Virus record (IMG/VR): IMGVR_UViG_3300045988_115271
Strand: one strand, 5' to 3'
DNA: 64,000 nt
Source: a virus
Positions 56,882 to 64,000 of this stretch are shown one piece after another (within the stretch, counting starts at the first letter, position 1; every line of letters begins with the position of its first letter). The notes under the pieces were generated by a model. That model worked only from the letters and a program-made list of their open reading frames with translations, had not been told where the DNA came from and did no database searches. A program made the position numbers and the translations under genes.

Positions 56882-57079
56882 TCACAAAGAATCCGTATCC
56901 TGTTCTTTGGTATGGTTAAGTACATGGGATATAGTTCTGATACTTAATCCGGTTTGATTTTGTATCAGATTATAAATATAGGATTTTGAAACTACAGTTC
57001 TTAATTGACCTAAATCATTCATAATGTTTTTATACATAAGATGAATGCTGTTGTTACGTTTGATGGTACTGATTCTCAT
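56882..57079 (-). CDS. small helix-turn-helix DNA-binding protein (65 aa)
   Basis: NQTGLSIRTISHVLNH resembles a classic HTH recognition helix (xxGhSxxThSRhLN). It is the only ORF in a 680-bp intergenic region. Confidence 0.4.
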   Translation of the reverse strand: MRISTIKRNNSIHLMYKNIMNDLGQLRTVVSKSYIYNLIQNQTGLSIRTISHVLNHTKEQDTDSL

Positions 57080-57224
57080 TTCCTACTGTTATTAGTTACG
57101 TTCGGTTCTTACTTTTTCCTTATTTCCATAATCCCTTCCTGAAACTAATATTGCAAACTTAACAAAAATAATTCATAAACAATGAAAATCTAACTTTTCT
57201 TGTATGTTATTGATATACGTGCAT

Positions 57225-57259
57225 ATATAAGAAAAGTGAGACTTTCACAAGCCTCACTT
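57225..57259 (-). terminator. hairpin terminator candidate downstream of the 752-aa gene (minus strand)
   Basis: AAGTGAG (57234..57240) pairs with CTCACTT (57253..57259) across a 12-nt loop. On the minus strand the stem is followed by TTCTTATATAT. Confidence 0.4.
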
Positions 57260-57301
57260 CCCAAATTATAACTATGAAAAAACTATATATATATACAAAA
57301 A

Positions 57302-59560
57302 TTACCTGCATTCCAATTTGTTAAGATCATCCAATTCAGACTTACTTACGGTCATGTCTTGCGTCAAGCCAGATCTGTTTTGGTATGGAGCGTAATCAGT
57401 TTCTACCGTCTTAGCCTTCTGAGTAGAATCGTATTTCACCTCCGATTCGGTTCCTGTCAGATTTTGGTAGATAGAGCCGGAACTACTCTCGCTTACTTTA
57501 GACCATATCTTATTACCTACTCTTATAAAATTATCATAAATACCTTCTGCTGTTATAACACCATCTTGCTCTACGATATTAGAACCCGATTTTTCTTTTA
57601 ACAAATACGGGTGCCTGGTGTAAAAATAGTGTTCAAAATCATTCCCAGCATACGAAGGGTCATACCTCTCCAAATAAAACAATTCTGATAAAGAAGGGTC
57701 GGTACTGGTCATGCTATAATCAAACAACATCAACCTGTCTTTTCCAGATAAAGATAATTCTATTGATTTCAAAATATCAGGATCATCAGAAATAAGACCC
57801 AAAGATGGACCAGGTTTGAAGTCAAGATACTTATAGGCATTATCATATAATTTTGTTTTATGGAGTTTGTTGTCAAGGTAAGATTGGTATAAATCGAATA
57901 AGGATAATGGGTTTTCGCTATCTTGTTTTTTGTTCATGTATCGACTATACTCCCGATCCACATCCACGTAAGGAACGTCAAGTACCGCCGGGTGTCCAAA
58001 CGCCATCCTGGTCATTATCATGTCCTCTGTGTTCTGAGAATCCATGAACGATCTGACGTATTTTTTAATGGAATCCATGAGCGTATTATTATCTACGTTC
58101 CGTACTTTCTCTTTATCCAAAACGCCGTTCTTAAAACAAGATTCAGGATATATTTTAGTAGAAAAATGAGTTAGGTTGTGCTTGGCTAATACTGTTGATA
58201 TTTGATACATCTCGTTAAGATCATCTTTGCTGATCCTTTGATATAGATTATCTCCTACCTTAAGCAATGAATGCTTCTCAAATGCTTCTACTGGGTCTAT
58301 ATTTGATTCAGAATAAACGATATTCAAATTATCCATATACTCCGGCAATAATCCAAAATAATAGTCTGTACTATCACCAAGAACATCATCTATAGAAGAT
58401 GCCAGCGTTGGAGCATAATTTACATCATTATGCCTGGCCACATAAATATCAAGATCCAGCATCAAATTATCTATCTTATTCAAAGATTCTTCTGTGCCAT
58501 CATAAGTTTTCGATGTCCCTATTATATCTATGCCAAACCACGTACAAGCCTCTTCTATATCCCATATCATGCTTCTTAAATCGGATTCGGTGTCGGCATT
58601 AGCCCTATGTAAATAAGCCGATATACGAGCTCTTAGGAACTCTATTTTGCCAGGATTGTAATAAGACAGATCTTGTAACTTAGACAAGGATCTTCTCTTG
58701 CCTTCTACCACATCATCCCCTTCTATGTTTATTACCGGAATCTTATTCGTAGATGAGAACTCATCAAACATAGATTCGGCAAATTCTTTATCAGAAACGA
58801 ATTTCTCAACCAGTTCAGGATATGAATTTCTCAACGATTCAAAAGCAGATGAAAATTCAGAAAAGTTTTTTATGCCGGCTACTGTTTTACGCATAGCATA
58901 ATAAAGCTCAGAAGGATTATATGGTACCTTTTTACCAAATTGGTTAAACACTCCCTCCTTGTAAACAATAGGACCATACTGATAGTCAATAGACATAAAA
59001 TAATTATCTTTTTCCCTATCATGTTCGTTAATAGAAGAATCTATTAACTTTCTCATGGAAGTCGAAACCTCGTTTAAAACAGAAGGATCGGATAAAATAC
59101 GACTTATTTCTGTTTCATCATACAAACCGGATCTCCTTAATTTCTGCTCATTCAGTATCAAACTGCCATCTACATAAAAATCGAAGAGAATAGCATTAGA
59201 CAATGAAGACGCATTGAAAAAATAATGAGTAGACAAAAGGAAATCCCTTACATCCTTAACATCCTGAGCCGTTAAAGGATCAGCAAAATAAGTCTGACGC
59301 TTCATATACGACAGCACGTCTTCTAAAAGAGGTTCACCATTGGGATCGGTATTAAACATCTCTCCTGGAGCCGGGTTATTCCAATGACCGTAATACGACA
59401 AAAAACCAGGAGTGTAAGCCTTAGCCCATACCTGAAGAGCCCGCTCGCTGTTTCCTAATACTTTTAAAGCACTTTCGTAAAGAACGGAAGGCTCCCCGTT
59501 AGGAGCCTTAACCCGTTTTATTTCATTTTCCTTTTTTTCTATCTGACATTTGACACCCAT
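57302..59560 (-). CDS. large protein of unknown function (752 aa)
   Basis: Uninterrupted ORF with no recognisable catalytic motif. A TAacTTTG motif sits immediately upstream, at 59568..59575 on the minus strand. Confidence 0.6.
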   Translation of the reverse strand: MGVKCQIEKKENEIKRVKAPNGEPSVLYESALKVLGNSERALQVWAKAYTPGFLSYYGHWNNPAPGEMFNTDPNGEPLLEDVLSYMKRQTYFADPLTAQDVKDVRDFLLSTHYFFNASSLSNAILFDFYVDGSLILNEQKLRRSGLYDETEISRILSDPSVLNEVSTSMRKLIDSSINEHDREKDNYFMSIDYQYGPIVYKEGVFNQFGKKVPYNPSELYYAMRKTVAGIKNFSEFSSAFESLRNSYPELVEKFVSDKEFAESMFDEFSSTNKIPVINIEGDDVVEGKRRSLSKLQDLSYYNPGKIEFLRARISAYLHRANADTESDLRSMIWDIEEACTWFGIDIIGTSKTYDGTEESLNKIDNLMLDLDIYVARHNDVNYAPTLASSIDDVLGDSTDYYFGLLPEYMDNLNIVYSESNIDPVEAFEKHSLLKVGDNLYQRISKDDLNEMYQISTVLAKHNLTHFSTKIYPESCFKNGVLDKEKVRNVDNNTLMDSIKKYVRSFMDSQNTEDMIMTRMAFGHPAVLDVPYVDVDREYSRYMNKKQDSENPLSLFDLYQSYLDNKLHKTKLYDNAYKYLDFKPGPSLGLISDDPDILKSIELSLSGKDRLMLFDYSMTSTDPSLSELFYLERYDPSYAGNDFEHYFYTRHPYLLKEKSGSNIVEQDGVITAEGIYDNFIRVGNKIWSKVSESSSGSIYQNLTGTESEVKYDSTQKAKTVETDYAPYQNRSGLTQDMTVSKSELDDLNKLECR

Positions 59561-59586
59561 TGTAATTAACTTTTTTGCAAAGTTAA

Positions 59587-60117
59587 TTATAAAACCGACT
59601 TATACAATGACGGATCCCAAATTCCTTCTATATAAATCTCCGGAAAACTCAAACTGCCATCACGAAGAGTGGTGACTTCCAAGCTGGGAATGTTGAAAAC
59701 AGTACTGGTATCACCAAACTCACCATTCAACTTAATAGCATTTCCACTATTATCAGCTTCATAATAATAATAACAATAATTTTCATTAAGACTCGGATCA
59801 TATTCGTACCAATATGTTAGATCTTGTATATGATCTTCTATGTTACCAATTTTGTTTTCACCTAATATAAAAATACCATTATTGCTATGATTATAAACCA
59901 TAGATTCATAACCACCATAATTCCAATTACTATTAAACATTATGTAACTAACATCAGAATCATGATCTTTTAATACAGGTCCTATATGTATATGAATTTT
60001 ATTAAACTGACATACATAAGGTCTTTTTCCTCCAAGCCTTTTTATATCTTCATTGGATAACTTATTATAACATCCTCCCACAAAATTATCCGCAGCATTA
60101 AAAAATCTCCTTCTCAT
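59587..60117 (-). CDS. MRRRF-family protein C (about 176 aa from the ATG at 60117)
   Basis: Begins MRRRFFNAADNFVGG, 2 nt after the stop of the 1281-aa gene. It is Tyr/Asn/Gly-rich and beta-type. Confidence 0.45.
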   Translation of the reverse strand: MRRRFFNAADNFVGGCYNKLSNEDIKRLGGKRPYVCQFNKIHIHIGPVLKDHDSDVSYIMFNSNWNYGGYESMVYNHSNNGIFILGENKIGNIEDHIQDLTYWYEYDPSLNENYCYYYYEADNSGNAIKLNGEFGDTSTVFNIPSLEVTTLRDGSLSFPEIYIEGIWDPSLYKSVL

Positions 60118-60119
60118 AC

Positions 60120-63100
60120 TCAACACTCTTTATTTAACTCATTTATCGAATCCGAATTATCAGAACCTTCTACGAGATTCTTATTTCTATCTATCTCTTC
60201 CTGGCTCATATTACTCATCATATTTTGTATTTTTCTACCAGATTGAGATAAAGAGCGGATGAATGCACTGGAACTTATCTTAACTCCAAGATCCGGTTTT
60301 ACCCTAAACGCTTCACCGGTACTGATATTATACAAATCATACACACCTGAGTTCATATAGAATTTATATATCCAGTTTCCACCAGCTTTTTTGTACCCTA
60401 ATTTGGTTAACTCGACTACACTCATACCAAATTTAATGCCATTACGACCCATTATCTTCTCCGGTATAGGTTCTACCTTAGCCGGAACAGATGTATATGC
60501 TTCATCACCGCCGTACAGGAAATAAGGGGTTGTTACCCTTGATATGTGAGTAAGCGGTTCTTCGGATATACGAGGCTCGTCTTTCGCAGCCTTAGATTCT
60601 TTCCTTGGATTGGATATCCTAATAAAAGGATCGTATGTCAAAAAGGTTAAGCCGTATTCTACTTTATAACCTGATACGCCGTTAAGATCCCTTATAGCCT
60701 TAGTCGTATGCGAGTGATTGATGGTGTCTATACCGTACCTGGACTCCATATCGGTCATAATACTATTAACCTCATCTCCCTCTACATAAACCTCTTCTCC
60801 TTCTGGGATAGAGGTTATGCCGGCAGCCCTTCTAAGTAACCATAAAGTAACTTCAGCAATGTCAGAGAACTTATCTCCGTTCTTCCTATAGTTATCTACT
60901 CTTCCTTCTTCATATCCAGGTAATTCGATATTTCCTTTAACTTCGACATTTGTTCTGGATTGTCCTTTGCCTTCTCCATCTCCCTTTTTATCGCCATCTT
61001 CCTCAGTGCGTACTGCACCGCCTTCTGCACTTCCTTCTTTTCCATCATTTAAAATATTATCTGATTCTGACTCTATAGACTCCACGACAGCATCATACTC
61101 TGGTATGCCGCTAAGGAAATCTGCTACGTTATTCAAAAACTCTATTTTTTCCTCGTTTGTCATATCAAGGCTTTCCACGGGCTCCCATATGGCAGGCAAG
61201 TTGTTTGATTTTATTGCAGTAGAAACATCTTCTATAGTTTGGTTGTCCACCGTAGGAAAAACTTTAGAAACCAAACTATTGATATCAGATTCCATTTTTT
61301 CTACTTCCTCTTTTTTGCCATATTCTTTTAGGGTATCCATGCCATTGACTCTAAGAGAATAATTCAAAGCCTTGCTTGGAACAAAATCAATATATTTCAA
61401 AAAGTTTTTCAACTCTGATATAATTTGTTCATCATATCTTGGCCCAACATAATCAACCACCACCTGATCTGTTTGAGAACGAAGCCAAGAAACGTATTCA
61501 TCTAAGGTCTTACCACCTTTCTTAGAAGGAGTGGATATTTTATCACCTACTGTTCCTTTAGGTTCTAATCCCATTTCCTCCTTAAGACTTTTAGGATTAC
61601 CTCTCTCACGAAGAAACCTCAAGTCACCTCCTACAATCTTCCTTGCTATAAAATCAAAAATATTAGCATAAAGCGGCAATCCCTCTTTTTCTGTATGAGA
61701 TTCTATTTCACTCAACATAATAGAGAAATTTTTCCTGGAGGTACGCTTCTTGCCAGGTAAAGACTGCGTAGCTTGTGCCGCAGGAGCCGGCTGAGCTAAT
61801 GGCGCCGGCTGAGTCTCCCGGACAGTCCCCTCCTCTGGCATTTCCTCTTCATAAACATCCACGTCTTCCTTAGAAGTAACGGTCTTACCCTCATCAGAGA
61901 AAGGAAGATCATCCTCTATAAGTGATTTAGGTCTGGAAGATGATTTACCAAACTGGATCCTGATCTTAGGAGCAACAAACATCTCACCTTCGAAATCTAT
62001 TCCAGATTCTACTTCAGACGTCACAATGTCTTTAACACTCCTGCTTCCATCTTCTACCCACTTAACAACATCAGGAACCGTAGATAATTTTTCTATAGCC
62101 TCACGAGCTTTTCTAAGCCCTGAAATAGGATTCAAGTACGATACTTGATACGAAGCTGGATCAAGACCCAATTTGGTTAGATACGCATTAAGATCTTGTA
62201 TATCGTCTTGACCCATCTGCAACAATTCAGAGTCACCGGATTCAAGCAGCATATCTATAAAAGAAATCCATTTCTGTCCTTCCTCTGATTCTACAGAACG
62301 TAGACTAACTGGAAAAAGGTAATTAAGACCGTTTTTACCCTTGATAACAACTACCGGAACTCTTACATTTTTGTAATTATTTCCCTTGTCATTTAATATA
62401 GAATAAGCAAATGGGAAGCCTGTGTATTTAGAGCCGTTCTTAAGCACGACTTTGCCATTTAATACATATCCGATATCAGATACTTTTTCAGCACCTTTTT
62501 CGGTAATAGGGAGATTTTCTACCTGGCCATATCCTTGACCGTTTACCTTCATGTTAAACACCGGTCTTCCGGGAAGAGTCTGGGCAACAACATGCGTGCC
62601 GACGCTGATGGTAGCCGACCGGCCGGCGTCCTTCTTCCACTTGTTAAATGCCGTTCTTCTTATTTTACTTATACCGTCTATGCCCCCTGTGTCAGCTTTT
62701 ACAACAGAAACGAATCTGTTCCCACTCATGACCTTGATAACCATATTGGACACCAGTTTATTCTCAGCAGATTCTATTCTTTTTTTATCGCCGGACTGAA
62801 CAGCATCATTGTATTCGGCAAAAAGAGACTGATTATAGGTATCATTTACATCTATTTCGAGATTAACCTTATCTCCTTTTTTCAAAGAAGATAATGCTTC
62901 CTGATCTATTTTATCTACCTCATTCTCTCCGAATCCAACACCTGTTCTGTACGGAACCAACTCATCTGAATCAAGACGCTTATAAACCAAAGAATAGGAA
63001 TTACCCACATCCTGAATAGACACATCTGTGTAAAGATTAAGAACACGAGCCGATTCTTTGTCTATAGACCATCTCGCATGATAAGGTAATTCCATTATAG

Positions 63101-63965
63101 TAGCTGTTTCTCCACCTATGTTAAGGAAATACCTTTTAGTACCATTGGCGTTCGTTTCAGAGCTTATTTGAATAGGAACCAATGATTTTATGGAAGATAT
63201 AAATTTATCGGCTCTAAGACCCGCAATTTCATACCTTTCATTGCCATCATTGGATATTCTTCTTACCATCAACGTCTCTGGATTCTGGGCGCTATCTATG
63301 TTAGCTCCAGGCGTATTATCAGATTCGTCTAATTCATTTACAAGAGAATCTATATTAGCATCATCCTCCCCAAAATTACTTAACGTAGATTCGGAAATAC
63401 GACCTTTATCAATAATCCTGTTTTGTTCGATATAAGGAAGGAGATCCGTGATGTTTCCAACCTGGCCAAGATCTTCTATGGTAAATACCGAATCGGCAAG
63501 CTTATCTTCGTCAACTTTCTCCCCTTTGTCCCGTCTGTTCATTATATCAACATACGAAGAAATAGCATCATCAAGTTCCTTCCTTTGATCTGGTTCCAAA
63601 TTGGATTTAGCCATATCAATAATAGCTTTATTATCCTCATACACAAATCTCGGACTTGTAAGCCTATCAGCCTTTTCAGATAATGATTTTATGAGATTAA
63701 CGGGACTGTCACCCAAAGACGATACATAATCATCAAAATCTTGTTTGTATTTATCATACACATCTTTTTCTCTCTCAGTAAGAAGATCGGCATTACCTGT
63801 ATATAGTTTATCAATTATAGACTGCCTTACGGCCGGAACCATAATAGGATTATCCATAGCAGCCTCATAATCTTCATCCGATACAGACTCCGTAAGCGGT
63901 GACTCTTTTATATCATCTTCTGCTTCCTTCATCCTATCTTCCCTTACTTTATCAAGAGCATGCAT
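60120..63965 (-). CDS. large protein of unknown function (at least 1281 aa; possibly N-terminally truncated by the window edge)
   Basis: The ORF stays open upstream of the Met at 63965 to the end of the window (...SEDEAWTIKAFMHALD...). It is acidic, carries a proline-rich linker (PAPLAQPAPAAQ) and has no clear catalytic motif. Confidence 0.6.
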   Translation of the reverse strand: MHALDKVREDRMKEAEDDIKESPLTESVSDEDYEAAMDNPIMVPAVRQSIIDKLYTGNADLLTEREKDVYDKYKQDFDDYVSSLGDSPVNLIKSLSEKADRLTSPRFVYEDNKAIIDMAKSNLEPDQRKELDDAISSYVDIMNRRDKGEKVDEDKLADSVFTIEDLGQVGNITDLLPYIEQNRIIDKGRISESTLSNFGEDDANIDSLVNELDESDNTPGANIDSAQNPETLMVRRISNDGNERYEIAGLRADKFISSIKSLVPIQISSETNANGTKRYFLNIGGETATIMELPYHARWSIDKESARVLNLYTDVSIQDVGNSYSLVYKRLDSDELVPYRTGVGFGENEVDKIDQEALSSLKKGDKVNLEIDVNDTYNQSLFAEYNDAVQSGDKKRIESAENKLVSNMVIKVMSGNRFVSVVKADTGGIDGISKIRRTAFNKWKKDAGRSATISVGTHVVAQTLPGRPVFNMKVNGQGYGQVENLPITEKGAEKVSDIGYVLNGKVVLKNGSKYTGFPFAYSILNDKGNNYKNVRVPVVVIKGKNGLNYLFPVSLRSVESEEGQKWISFIDMLLESGDSELLQMGQDDIQDLNAYLTKLGLDPASYQVSYLNPISGLRKAREAIEKLSTVPDVVKWVEDGSRSVKDIVTSEVESGIDFEGEMFVAPKIRIQFGKSSSRPKSLIEDDLPFSDEGKTVTSKEDVDVYEEEMPEEGTVRETQPAPLAQPAPAAQATQSLPGKKRTSRKNFSIMLSEIESHTEKEGLPLYANIFDFIARKIVGGDLRFLRERGNPKSLKEEMGLEPKGTVGDKISTPSKKGGKTLDEYVSWLRSQTDQVVVDYVGPRYDEQIISELKNFLKYIDFVPSKALNYSLRVNGMDTLKEYGKKEEVEKMESDINSLVSKVFPTVDNQTIEDVSTAIKSNNLPAIWEPVESLDMTNEEKIEFLNNVADFLSGIPEYDAVVESIESESDNILNDGKEGSAEGGAVRTEEDGDKKGDGEGKGQSRTNVEVKGNIELPGYEEGRVDNYRKNGDKFSDIAEVTLWLLRRAAGITSIPEGEEVYVEGDEVNSIMTDMESRYGIDTINHSHTTKAIRDLNGVSGYKVEYGLTFLTYDPFIRISNPRKESKAAKDEPRISEEPLTHISRVTTPYFLYGGDEAYTSVPAKVEPIPEKIMGRNGIKFGMSVVELTKLGYKKAGGNWIYKFYMNSGVYDLYNISTGEAFRVKPDLGVKISSSAFIRSLSQSGRKIQNMMSNMSQEEIDRNKNLVEGSDNSDSINELNKEC

Positions 63966-64000
63966 AAAAGCCTTGATAGTCCAAGCTTCGTCTTCCGAAA

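Noticed and set aside
1-64000. CRISPR array or tRNA genes
   Set aside because: I saw no regularly spaced direct-repeat array. The tandem repeats present have only 2-3 units with no spacers. No convincing cloverleaf with a GTTCGAATC-type T-arm was found in the non-coding gaps by eye. A tRNAscan or ARAGORN run is still needed to exclude tRNAs rigorously.

Overview
The window reads as a gene-dense, AT-rich (about 35-40% GC) fragment of a large double-stranded DNA phage genome. It has no integrase or host housekeeping genes, and it contains giant ORFs of unknown function on one strand. It splits into two oppositely transcribed blocks that meet at an inverted-repeat hairpin at 42192..42240.

Block 1 (plus strand, 1..42190) holds about 80 mostly small genes. 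Many overlap by ATGA-type stop/start junctions and none has a clear Shine-Dalgarno sequence. Several gene starts are preceded by the Bacteroides-type TAnnTTTG -7 promoter motif, which suggests a Bacteroidota host. Recognisable products in this block are:
- a DnaB-like replicative helicase domain protein and a zinc-finger primase-like protein;
- an SF2 (DEAH) helicase;
- two PD-(D/E)XK nucleases, one Cas4-like with an N-terminal Cys plus a C-terminal 3-Cys cluster;
- a C5-cytosine DNA methyltransferase next to a MazG/DUF550-like nucleotide pyrophosphohydrolase;
- a minimal Pol-beta-type nucleotidyltransferase and a minimal ABC-type ATPase;
- a stand-alone TnpB/Cas12-like RuvC nuclease (IS200/IS605 OrfB family) with an intact D-E-D triad but no cysteines in the position of the zinc finger;
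- an acyl carrier protein, NfeD and flotillin (SPFH) gene cluster.

Block 2 (minus strand, 42304..64000) carries giant ORFs of 2140 aa, 752 aa and 1281 aa; the last is still open at the window edge. I cannot assign a function to any of them; they may be virion or ejection proteins. The block also contains three otherwise unrelated proteins that all begin MRRRF, a Gly/Gln/Asn/Cys-rich membrane protein, an RG/RE-repeat protein, and an unusually long 680-bp intergenic region with a 65-aa HTH ORF and several hairpins.

I found no CRISPR array, rRNA or convincing tRNA by eye. I could not run homology searches, tRNA scans or structure prediction, so every product call rests on motifs visible in the translations.
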